A stretch of 64,000 bases of DNA from Schmidtea polychroa (taxonomy: Eukaryota): assembly GCA_044892525.1 (NCBI GenBank), contig CM097885.1, forward strand, positions 32,986,001 to 33,050,000. The letters run 5' to 3'. A model generated the notes under the pieces. The model was not told the origin of the DNA, made no database searches, and saw only the letters and a program-made list of their open reading frames with translations. A program made the position numbers and the translations under genes. Shown piece after piece: positions 51,680 through 64,000 of the stretch; position 1 is the first letter of the stretch; each line of letters begins with the position of its first letter.

Positions 51680-53128
51680 TACAAATTATTACATTGATTT
51701 TTTTTATTATGTTTCTTTCAATGTTTTATCATTTACAGAACCTATTTTCTTCTAAATAGATAAATTTGTTTATTCTTATTTCATTAAAGAATATTTGTTT
51801 TAAAATCTGTATCAAAATTAAATTTAAACTATAAAAGAAATGACCTCAGTCAAAATTGATTTCATATTATCCTTCCTAATATTTGAAAATTAAAACAATT
51901 ATTAAAATTATTTTCAGTTCTCTAAAATGCTATAGCAATTAATGCTGATTTCCTGAAAGTTTTCTCTTTATTCAACACAAATTTCTTTTACGTAATTAAG
52001 AGTAGACTTTATTCGTCATTTATGCTACGATTTAATTGTCAAATTTCTTACCCACACCTTCTAAAGCTATTTTATTGAATCATTTCAAATAATTTGGGAT
52101 AAATGGAAAAATTATTGTCATAAAGTTGAAATCATAGCATAACAATTAAAATGATGCATGAAAGTGTTCTTTTTTGTCATTTTTAATATGTTTTCATTTA
52201 CAATTTTATTTATGTTTATTTAGTTTTCAAATATAGATAAATGATTTTATGTTTAAAAATGGAATAAGGAAGCTATTTCTGAAATTTGGGTTTTTCAATG
52301 TTGGTTTAGTCATTATATATGGCTAAGAAACGGAAACATCCAAAAGGAAAATGTCAGATTTAATAAGTGTCAATTCCCATTATAAACAGATGTCAAACAA
52401 TAAATAAGGGATCAATGAAATCATCAGTTTGATTAATTTTAATTAAAATAAAATCAAAGTTTAAGGTAGTAAACTGTTAGAGATCATTAGGAATAAAAAT
52501 CAAAATATAAACATTTTTTAAAATTTTTGAATTGCAAATGTAAATAGTTATTGGAAACTTTTTTTTATAAATATTATATGATATTATTTATTAAAAGATC
52601 TTTCTTTGAGCTAAATGTATAAAAGCTTTAAAAACTTTGTAATTTTTTTATTGTTTTAATTTTGAATTTTAGAGGAAATTTAATTAAAAAATTGTAAATT
52701 CTATAAAAATATTTTATTTCAGAGACGATCAAAAAGTATTTGAAAATTGAAGCAGAAAAATTCCAGGAAATTGAAACGAACTATTTCTTTTATTTTATTA
52801 AATATGTTCTTCGTAGCAGAAGACCAAAATTATCATTTAATTGTTAATCATTTTATTAATGCTGTAAAGAATAAGAATAACTTAGAAATTCCAAAAACGT
52901 TATTTAAGAAATTGTGGTACTATTTATAGTACCTCGTGTGCCGACACCAACACAAGCACAATAAATTATTGGGAAATAATAATCAGTGACATAGTTTGGG
53001 GACCCAGACAATTAAAAATAACAAATCACACATGCAGACATTACGTAATATAGTGTAAAGGTTAGGGAAATCAAATATTCCATTATAATTATATCACAGC
53101 TACTAAGAAATCATCACTTTAATAATGA

Positions 53129-53132
<4 letters not shown>

Positions 53133-53211
<79 letters not shown>
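53133..53211. repeat. (AAT)n microsatellite
   Basis: Read directly. Confidence 0.95.
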
Positions 53212-55131
53212 TAACTAAAGAAAGCCGATAAAAATTTTAAAATATCTGACAGAAAATTGTTTGCTTGAATTGATATTCTTTTTAGAAAGTGATCTTTAAT
53301 TTGATTTCCTTAGAAGATAATCAAAAATATAGTTGTCTAAATTCAGTTTATTAATCTATTTAATCTATTGAGATTGAAGAAAATTGACAGAATATTTAAA
53401 AGGAATTTTAAACTATGAAAGAGATTTTTTGTTCATCAGTTCAATGAGAATAAAATTAACTATTTGTATATTTTACATCTAACACAAATAATTTGGTTTT
53501 CTATTTAAATGAATTCAGTAAAACAATTAAATAAAATTTGATCAATTACAATCATTATAAAAATAAATATTATTAACACATTATTTATAACTAAAACTTG
53601 ATATAACCGCTACAAAAATCCGTATGATGGAATAATTCTTATTTAATTTTTTTAAACTGATTGAAATTTGATTTCTTACTGTCGACCAGATTTATATATT
53701 GTTTCTAAAACTTCAAAAACAGACATGATCTACTGATTGTTCAAATGTGAATTATTTCCTTGCATATAAATGTAAATTTATTCTTGATTAAAGTTGGCTG
53801 GAATTATTTCATTGAAACGATTTTTATACATAATCTATACAATCGTATATATTGCAAAATAAATTACAAAATTCCTATTTGAAGTGGACTATCAATTGGA
53901 ATTGGGTGGGCACTTTTGCCACAAAAAGGATATTTTGAAAGTAAATATTTCTTGCTGATACTATCGAATACTTTTTTGAATCTAATTTTTTAAATTTTTT
54001 TATATTTTGATCTTTTATTAATTTAATGAAATAAATATTATTTGCAATTTGAAGCTTAAATAAAAATAAGAGAAAATATTTGATCGTGTTAGTTTAATGA
54101 CTACAATAATGTATTAAATAATAAATGTATAAATATTATAAATACAATTTTCTTAGTGATTTAATTTTAAAAATTCAGTAAAAACTTATTGAACAAGAAA
54201 AATTGCAGAAATTATTATAAAAAATATTATTTAATTTAAAAACCATATTCAGTGTTATGGCTTACTTTCTATCGTTCAAAACGACAATTTTGATGAGTAG
54301 TATCAACTTGAAAATATATATAATGTTAAATTTGGTGTAAAATAGTATGATTGAAAAAATAGATATTTCAAATTACAGTGCAAATGAATAAGATTCAATA
54401 AATTGATAAAATGTGCAAATGGTGAACCGCTGATTGATTTTATCACACTTCACGCAATTCACCCGTGCTATAATTATAAGAAATGTTATAAATAATTTTC
54501 TGTTATTGACTTTAATATATTTGAAAATTTTATTTACTTGTAGGAAAATAATTGTTGGGGAATTACATAAAAATAAATTTAAAAGTACAAAAATTCAAAA
54601 GCAAAGCAGATAAAACTTAAATTTAAATTAAGAGTAAAATTATTTAAAAATTAATTAAAAGCAAAATTCAATAGTTTGCAAAAGAGAAGGAGCGGATACC
54701 AAATAAAAAATAAAAGATAAATTTAATTATTAAAAATTGACGAGAGATTCCCGGATATTACAAAGATATTACAAAAATATAAACTAATAACTACTTAATT
54801 AATTATTCAAAACATTTTTTGATAATACTGAATGTATCAAAACTAGTGGCGTTCAATAATGGATAATTAGATTTTTTAAGGGCTTGGGAATTACGGTTGA
54901 CATGTGATTGGGTAATTTGGTTTGGTAATAAATTGGTATCGTTGAACAAATTATTTTATTAAAGCAGAAACGTAAATTAGACTAGGAGAGAGAAACTTAA
55001 AGAGACCAGAAAAAATTTGAAGAAGCCAGAAACTATATATAAAACAAATTCAGAGACTGAGTTTAGAGACAAGAAATCATGTAACGAATGGAAGAAGAAT
55101 TATTGTTAAATAAAATTATGGGTGTGATTTA

Positions 55132-55249
55132 AATGTTCAATATTTTTATATTCAGTAAAATAGATTAAATGTTCAGTAATTTGAATAAATGTTCAGTAAT
55201 TTGAATAAATGATCAGTGATTAAAATAAATTTCCAGTAATTAAAGCAAA

Positions 55250-55310
<61 letters not shown>

Positions 55311-55390
55311 TTATTTTTTATTATTAATTTAAAATCGCCAACAAAGTTTATTACTTTTTTACTGAACATTTCAATTTTTTTACTGAATAA
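55132..55390. repeat. ~20-bp AAATGTTCAGTAATTTGAAT tandem repeats, (TTA)n, then inverted TTACTGAACATTT copies
   Basis: Read directly; a foldback-like arrangement around a microsatellite. Confidence 0.7.
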
Positions 55391-56166
55391 AATTATCTGT
55401 TATTTACATAACAAAATTATAATATTTATTGAAACATAAAGTAATGAACATTTTAATTAAAATACTGAGGGTTTAATATTGTCTGTAAAACTATGAGTTG
55501 TTTCGTTCCAAGAAATCAAAGGTTTCTAATATTTTCCCAACAGTTTACCCTTGACAAACTTACTCAAATTTAATCTGTGTATATTAATTCATTTTGCAAC
55601 ATTGTAGTTTGAAATAAATATTGTTATTTGTTTTTTGAATATTTGGTACAAAGTCAAATGCTAAAAAAACAATTAATAACTCCAAAAAATTCTTCCAATA
55701 TTATTTTTATTAATTTTTTATAATCAATTAGAACATGAATAAAGGTAAAAAACAAATAAAAACAAAAATAGATATGAAAAAGTAAATCATCAAGTAAATC
55801 ATCATTTATTAATAACGAGATCAAAAATTTCCATTATTTTTGATCATATAATTATATAATGTTTATTAAGTGAATGTCTTGGTCTTATCTATGAGTCCAC
55901 AATTTGTTGAGCCAATTTAGTGATTATCCCAACTTTGTCAACATCATATTATCAGATCCCCTCTCATAATGACTGCCGGCTTGTTCCTTTCTGCCATTTT
56001 AGCTTTTAATATTTTATTAATAATGAAGTGAAATAATAATTTTTTATCAATAATCACGTTTTCACTAATCAATATTATTGAACTAAATCAATAAAAAATT
56101 GGAACAATTGAGTTTCCCATTTTTTTAGTTCACTGGATAGATTGAAATTTTTTATATTACTTAAAG

Positions 56167-56207
<41 letters not shown>

Positions 56208-57539
56208 TATGCTCTTTGGGCCTCAATTTTGCATAATTTAACTTTGTCATTATTAATATGCAACTTCTAAAAATCTCGCATTTAAACAATGTTTCCTAAT
56301 TATTCCTAATTTATTTGCGACTCATCCTCATATCAAAGTCGTTTCCACTTATATTCTAAAATTCATCCACTACGACTGGTTGTTTTTAACATATGAATTA
56401 ATTAATGACGCAATAACTTAATTAGAAAATTAAATAAGCATTAATATATACATTAAATAAATATTATTCTAATATTGAAATGATTTTTAAAATATTTAAA
56501 AATAATATATAATGTAAACTATATTCAAACAAATATTCTCAAGACCTTTAAATTAATTTTTATTATTGAGACTTGAATTGAAAAAATTTAAATAAATGAT
56601 AATTTTAATATCATAAATATATATAAACAAAAAATCTGATCAATCAAAAAAATAACAATTTTAAAATTATTTGTTTAAAAAATTTTAAATATATTGTAAA
56701 TAATTTATATTTTTAATTTTTTTTCTTATATTATCACATTTTTGAGATGTTTAAGTAAAAAAAATTTTAAAAATATAATTCATAAAATTAAAACAAAATT
56801 CAAGTAAAAATAGAAACAAAGATAAAATTCATTTCCAATTTTCCAATTCCAATTTTAGAAAAATATCCAAAATAAATATTTGGAGGAAGTGATTGAATTA
56901 AAGGCAATATTTTCAATCTGTGATTAACAATAATATCTGAGTAAACATTTTATTTTATAAAATTAATCATTCTATTTAAGCAATTAGAAAAATTGGATAT
57001 TTTCAGTTTTACATGTAAATCCAAAACTGCTACAACATTTTAATTATTTATGCCAAAAGATATAATTTTCCAGTGTGATTAATAAAACTTTTTGAAAAGC
57101 AGTGCCAGCTGTCAGTTACTTTTTGAAAAACGACTTAAATTGTAGAAAGAATTTTAACGAAACAGCAAAATATTTTTTATTGTGAAATTGGTTTCCCTTT
57201 AAATTATCAAGTTGTCAAATATGAAATTTTCAATTTATTAATGAATTTTGTCCGTAATTTTAACCATTTCTTGTAATAAAAACCCCAAATTATTTTAATA
57301 TTTTCCCTAGAATCTTTGATAATTATTAGTAAAAAGTTTCAGTTTGATTAAGCATCAATTCCTTATAAATATCCAATCAACAGAAAATTTATTAGAGTTG
57401 TTTATTTGATTTATTAACCACTTGCATTGGAATGACGCGCATTACACATCGAAGGCTATCTGTACCAAATATTGATATGGTGTGCATGGAACGTTGTGTA
57501 ATATCTGTTAAATTAGCAGTTGTATCAATGAGTTACATA

Positions 57540-58505
57540 CACCTAACTGCGAAATATAAAATTATCTATAATCTAAAAAAAATCAATAAATATATATTAT
57601 AGGAACACACAAACTTACCTGTGTGTAGAAATTTAATGCTGCGAAATTTAACATATTTATTATAGGAATCTAAAAAGTGAGAGAAAGTAATTAAGCATAC
57701 AAGCACAGCACACATAATGAAAAATACATACAAAATTAAGTAAAGTGTTTTTCATGCGAAATATATATTGATTAACATATAATTAACATATCAATATTTT
57801 CAAATTATTTAAAAAGTTATGTACAAAAAAACTTTTGAATCAGATTCTGACTGCTCTACCTTGAGCTTTAGGGAAAAAGAAGTAAATACATCGTAAGATT
57901 TAATTATAAAATAATTTAGAATATAAAATTTCTTTAGATTTACAGATATTGAAGAAGATCCTTCAACATCTTTGAATTTGTAGGAAAAAAATCACAAATC
58001 GTAAATTTTAATAAATTATTTTAACAAATTAATATTTTCATAGAATTACAGAAATAGACAAAATTCGAAAGAAGATTACAAAAACTTAAAAAATATTTTA
58101 TCCATTCTTTACTAAATGTCTTTAAAAAATAAGTGTTTGGTGATTACTTTACTTATTTAGAATTATAAAAATATCTAACTTACATTTTTACGAAATAAAT
58201 CCAAATAAAATACCATAAAATTCCTAAAAAAAACACCTGAAATTTAATTATCAATGTTATATATTATCAATATTATAAATGCTGACTAACAGTAATATTT
58301 AAGAACTTGAATAATGATCTCATAATTATATAAAATCAAAATTCAAGTCCTAAAAATTACTTCAATTCAAAAACTTACCTTAAACGATTTTTGAAAAATT
58401 GAAAAAATGAAATTAAGTTAACATTGTCATATAATTGATGACTCACCTCAGGTGGTGTGCACACCAACGTATATTATAGACAATGTTAACTTTCGCAGTT
58501 AGGTG
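57540..58505. mobile_element. Uninterrupted MITE, 966 bp, TA TSD, TIR CACCTAACTGCGAAA
   Basis: TA|CACCTAACTGCGAAA...TTTCGCAGTTAGGTG|TA. Inverted near-identical copy of 25175-27663 without the nested element. Confidence 0.94.
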
Positions 58506-60210
58506 TATAACTTTAAAAAATACGAGATTTTAAATTTGACGGATTCACATATTTTAATTAATTGCCATTGCAAAGGATTTAGTAATAAACCTTTAATTAT
58601 TAGATCATTGAAATATTTTTCATATATTGAATTTGCTTATAATATTTTCAAAAATTACAAATTTAAAACGTCAAAATAAATAATTTATGAAATTAAAATA
58701 AGACACGAAAATTATGTAAATGTTAAAATTTGAATTTATATGTAAAAACATTTTTTATAACAAAAACAACATCGAAATATTTCTATGAATACTCAATTTT
58801 TATAAACTTTATTGACCCATGTATAAACTTAAATTTTATTTTATAATACTTAAACTATTAAATAAAAATAAAACAAGTAATACATTAGTTATCGTTGAAA
58901 TCTGATTCTAAATTAATAAGTCAGCAAAATATAATATATTTCAAAGGACCACGAAAAGAAAATTAAGAATTCCACATTGAGAGTTTATAATATTTCGCGG
59001 GGAGCAGTAAAAATATATTTCGTCATTGGCATTCCCACAAAAATTAGATAGATTTAATTTTTAGCATTATCGATGAGAAAAACGCTCATTAAGATAATGT
59101 ATGAAGGATTTGCCTAAAAACGAAAGAGGTTAAAATAAAGCACCAGTAGATTCTCTTCGATATCTGTGAATTGGAAGTGAACGGAAATCATATTGAAGAG
59201 TTTTGCGGTAGGATAAGTCAAAGCAAGGGATATTGTGTTTATGGATGGTCGACGAGCTCGATGTGATGATGAGACTTTGTGAAATTTATTTTTTCAAGAA
59301 ATAAGTTTTATTATTATATGTCCATTAATAAGTCTACGCAGATGTTTGCATTGTTTTAGACCTTGGCGCCATTGGGTGTCTTGGTGGTGTGACAAATGAT
59401 AATATAGACGTTAGACGACCTAATTACCAGTCGAAAAATGTCAGATAGAAACCAAAAGTAGGTTAATTTAGATTTGGATTTTCTGGCAACTTTTGATATA
59501 GAAAAAGGGACTGTGAATATCAGTTAATTCAAAATACATTTTGAAAAGTTTTAATAATATTAATAATAAAACTTCAATTAAAGTTTTTCGATTTTTAACA
59601 TTATATTTATATATAATTTCAATTATTCCAGTGTTAAAAATTTATTAGATATTAATTTATTAGATTTTAATAAATATAAATATTTCAAAATAATTATAAT
59701 TTTAGAGATTATATTAAATTAAAAATATTGAAATATTTTTCTATTTACATTAATTATAAATTTTGTCTTAAAGACTGCTGGCAGCTTATCAATTCTGAAA
59801 ATGTAAGGAAAACTTATATATAATAAAATTTGAATAATAATATTTTTTAAAAATAATTTAATAAAAATTTAAAAATAGGTGATTATGATTAGAAAAGAGG
59901 CAATTTCGTGTAAATTAATGAATTCAAAATACATTTATTAATTTTAATTTAATTTGAAAATTTTTGAATTAATTTTGAAACTTATTTTATCTGGTAAAAA
60001 TAATCAAAGAAATTACATGGTTCCAATCAAAAAAGAAAATAAAATATGATATACCTTCAGAGCATATTATACATAAATCATTTCCCATATTTGATGTCTA
60101 ACTAAAATCTAATCCCTCTAATAAACCTGACAAATAGGATGCTTCAATTGGTAATTTATGTTAAATTACGTAATTAAACAAATGGTATGACTCTGTTGTT
60201 TTATTGAATC

Positions 60211-60265
<55 letters not shown>

Positions 60266-61189
60266 CATTTCATTTATTTTCATTAAATATAATGAATCAA
60301 TTTTTCCTTTATATTATCTCCAAGAATAACAAAGTTATTTGAAAATTGAAATCTAAATTTCATTATTGTAACAGAATAAATTTTTTTTCTTTCATTTAAA
60401 AGTATTTAAAATATAATCCCGCATAGAAAGTAATTACGTAATTGATGAAAAATTATTCTACTGACGAAATTCGTCTTTATCAAATAAAAATTTACTCTAC
60501 TATGTGCGATGAAATACATGCTGCAAAACTACATAATAGCTACATAAAAAACAACTACTTTATCTGCGTTGATATTCTATTACTTATAACTGTATGTATC
60601 ACAGAATACATATTACTTTTCAAGAATATATCTCTAACGGCTTATTAATTCTTACTCTTTTTCTAGTAATATAATTATCGTAACAGTTTTACTATTTTTA
60701 AAGAATTTTTACACTTCTGAATATTTATATAAAGTTTCGATTTTGATATTTTACTCAAAAAATTACACATTTAAAATATTTTATTGCATATTTATCATTT
60801 TATTGAAAGTAAATGATTTTAGTAATTAAAACAATTATTAATATATATGATGTAATAAATGCTAAGTATATAAATAATTGTCCATAAATTTTAATTTTAG
60901 AAATTTTTTTCCTTAAATATTTTATTTGTCTGTCAAACTTATTTGTTTTAATTCATTTTTAGTGCAATTTGATTTGTTTACGTTACCAAAATGATTTTGA
61001 AAAACAAAGTTTATCGCAAACAAAAATATTTTGGAGATTTTAAAAATTAATAAAAGTTAATTTTAAATTTAATAAATAAGAATATATTATAATTAAATAT
61101 ATTACCTTATAATTAAATAATAATAATTTAAACATTCAACAATATACAAACATATATGTAAGAAAGAATTATATTTAGAAAAAATAAAT

Positions 61190-61364
61190 CAGGGGTTGGC
61201 AAGTGCGGCTCTCAGAGTCACATGTGGCTCTTTGATGAGCTGTGGGGCTCCAACTGAGATCTGATTTTATAGTAAATATTGTCATATTGCAATATGTTGT
61301 GGCTCTTTGTAATACAGGGAAAACCTGTATCTGGCTCTCGAGGACCTCATTGTGCCCACCCCTG
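61190..61364. mobile_element. Buster-type hAT MITE, 175 bp
   Basis: TIRs CAGGGGTTGGCA / TGCCCACCCCTG. TSD AAATAAAT / ATATAAAT (7/8 match, central TA). Internal GGCTCT subterminal repeats. Confidence 0.88.
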
Positions 61365-61437
61365 ATATAAATGATCACTTTGCGAAAAATACAGATTTAG
61401 GAATTGTGAATTGCAAGTGTGATTAATTGTCGATGCT

Positions 61438-61664
61438 CGCGTCTGTGTGCGCTTTGTACTGGTTTTGGAGGTTTTTGTGTGCGCAGACAGACGCGGAGAA
61501 TGGTAAATTATGAAGTTAATTCACGACTGTGTGCGCTTTTTACTTTCTTTGTATTTGGGTTGTGTGCGCACACAGACGCGTAACATGGTCGCATTATTAG
61601 TTTATCTCGCGTCTGTGTGCGCTTTTTGCTTTGTTGATTTGGATTGTGTGCGCACACAGACTCG
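61438..61664. repeat. Array of six 15-bp CGCGTCTGTGTGCGC repeats in alternating orientation
   Basis: Forward arms at 61438, 61522 and 61608; reverse arms at 61481, 61566 and 61650; spacers 26-29 nt. Confidence 0.92.
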
Positions 61665-61851
61665 GAAAAGTGAGAAGATTATGTTTCAGTTTTGTTGGAT
61701 CGATCTCAGAGTTTTTTGATGAATGGAGTTTTAATTGTATCGAGATTTTTTATGGTATCGATTTTTTAGAGTTTGGAGTTATGTTTTCTGGAATTGTGGT
61801 TTTAAAGAACTGATTTATAATTTTGATTTGAATTTTTGGCCTTAGCGAAAT

Positions 61852-62361
61852 ATGGAAGATAATGAATGTTTGATATGTATTTCAATGAGCAATATGTTAA
61901 AGAGATGTTTTTTCAGCAGTGGAACTTGTCCATGTGATCGTGGCTCAGCAAGATCGTTGCAAATTATTAATAGAAGTTTTTCAAAACGATTGGAAATCAA
62001 CGATTTAATTTCTGTAAATCATGAAATGACAGCAGAGGAACTCCAAGAGATGTTTATGAAATTTCCCCAAAGCGATAAAAAGATAAACTTGCTAACTTAT
62101 GGATATGATATTCTATTCAATCGAGCCCTTAAAAAGATCAACACAACTCCAATGTTTATTAGCCGAAGTGTTGAACAATTATCCAATGTTTCAAATTCAA
62201 TCATGGCTCAATCTCAAGTTATTGGACACGATAAATGGTTTTGTACAAATAAAGCGTGTGATATTAATTACAATGAAATTCTTCTGATGTGTCTTAAATT
62301 TAAACAAAGTGTTTATACAAATATAAAATTAAAATTAAAAAGCGTTTTTTTATATTTCTAA
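61852..62361 (+). CDS. Hypothetical 169-aa Cys-rich protein, possibly a gene fragment or first exon
   Basis: A 510-bp ATG-initiated open frame is long for such AT-rich DNA, and it lies downstream of the repeat array. N-terminal CxxC...C...CxC; C-terminal W-x-C-x4-C-x10-C-x2-F. No recognised homologue. Confidence 0.45.
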   Translation: MEDNECLICISMSNMLKRCFFSSGTCPCDRGSARSLQIINRSFSKRLEINDLISVNHEMTAEELQEMFMKFPQSDKKINLLTYGYDILFNRALKKINTTPMFISRSVEQLSNVSNSIMAQSQVIGHDKWFCTNKACDINYNEILLMCLKFKQSVYTNIKLKLKSVFLYF

Positions 62362-64000
62362 TTTTTTCTCTAATTATGTTTTTCTTTTAAAATTACACTG
62401 TGAATTCAATAAATAAAGTGAAATTAAAAGTAGTAGAACTTTCATGTTTTTAACACTTGAGAACCAACAGAGGTAGATATGTAATACCCTTATTGTTCCA
62501 GACATTTCTGCCAATACTGTTGTAGATACAGTAATGTCTATTTGAAAGAATCGGGGTGCATTCCTCAAAGAAATTTATACTACATGCGCATGCGAATAGT
62601 TTCCCGATAAATATTGTTTTTTTAAATCTAGGAAGAGTTAGAAGGCGTTAGGAGCGAGTTTGGAACTAAACTGAAGGTGCTCGAGACCCATAAATAAGCC
62701 TGCTTGATTATGATATGGAAATTACCTACTGTTAGAACAGGATTATTGCCACACAAAGACCAAATTGATGTTCTTGTCTGTCTTCTAGTTCTTTTGCTAT
62801 AGTACTCGGCATTGAACATTACTGACTTGTCAACGAAGTTCAAGTGCACCACACGTTTTCTTTCTTAGAGTATTGAAAGCATGAGAATATGACAGTGGAA
62901 AGTTTATGATGTTATCTTGACTAACGTCTTTTCATCAGGTAATTTCCACTTAGCAAATTCATTATCTGACTCAAATCTATATGTGCTATATATGGTGTCT
63001 TATCTTTTTGCGAGAATATTTCACAAGAACTTTTCTTCGTAGTACTTCCAGATGGTTATGCTGTTTTCACAGGTGATACAACGATTATCTATCATTTCAT
63101 CAGAAAGAAAACGGGTCATGAATATCAAACACAATTTTCACACGCTGATGCTGATTTCTTAAATTCTGATTCTTCACTCTTCCTAAACAATTGTCAGAAG
63201 TTTCTTCATTGTTATCAAAATCTCATGTATGAGTTCCTCCAAATAGTTTTACATAGTTCTTCACAGTTAATAAAGATTTAGCAATTTTAATAGGTAGAGT
63301 GAATTTTACTCGTGAATTTTACTGTTGGTTTTCAATTTGCAAAACAAAGAATTTTATCTTTTTATTTTTATATGGATACTTCAAAATTAAAAATAATTTA
63401 GTTATTATTTTTAATTCCTTATTAAGCAAAGACTTGAACGTAAAAAAGTAACTTTAAATTTCTATAAGATGGATATTAACATTTGTCTAGTTAAACAAAA
63501 AAATTAAAACATACAATTGTAGATGAAACAATTTTTGTTATCGAATCAAATTTTAGTGCTCAATCAAGATAGCCCGTCTCCGAATAAGGATATTTCAATA
63601 TAGGGTATACCAACAATTATTTCCGCTTATAACAACGAACATGTATTTAGTAAAACAAGAAAAACAAAATAAATGTTTATATATATAGTTCTGGTTGACA
63701 TCTTAATTCCATCGTGCTTTAAAAATTCCCTAGTGACCATTGTTGCATGCAGAGGAACATTATTATGCATCAAAAAATAAATAAAATAAGTACCAAAATT
63801 AAAACAAATAAACTGAAAGTAAATTCTCATTTAATTTAAAATTTTTCTTACTGTCTAACGGTTAAGTTTTACAAAATCAAAAACATTCACAGTCTGAAAA
63901 TTTAAAAGAAATTACATTTTTTTTAATAATACTAAAAATGTTTTTGAAATTTCTAAAATATTTCAAAAATTATATTTCATTTTTCTAAAAAAAAACTGAA

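Noticed and set aside
61438..61664. CRISPR array
   Set aside because: Repeats are only 15 bp and alternate in orientation, intra-pair spacers resemble each other, there are no cas genes and the context is eukaryotic.

Overview
Very AT-rich, repeat-dense eukaryotic (animal) DNA. The composition, short AT-rich introns and transposon content suggest a planarian/flatworm-type genome, but that is inference. The only clearly intact host gene piece is the last exon of an aminergic, 5-HT7-like GPCR on the minus strand (42528-42781). I found no upstream exon, so 42.8-64 kb may be intron. The rest is mostly transposon material: a full-length Buster-type hAT with perfect TSDs inserted in a gypsy protease remnant; an intron-containing IS630/Tc1-like element nested in a MITE whose empty-site copy is also in the window; a non-autonomous Helitron; several MITEs; and mariner, hAT, MULE and Penelope remnants. 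Most unusual: (1) a GC-rich leader module of alternating-orientation CGCGTCTGTGTGCGC repeats plus a shared TTTCTGGAATTGTG box occurs twice, once before a chimeric Rab1-PSMA6 frame (2.6-3.7 kb) and once before an unrelated Cys-rich ORF (61.4-62.4 kb); (2) several minimal type I hammerhead ribozyme motifs; (3) a ~5 kb unit bounded by ~620 bp inverted repeats with no recognisable transposase. All family assignments come from motif recognition by eye, not database searches.
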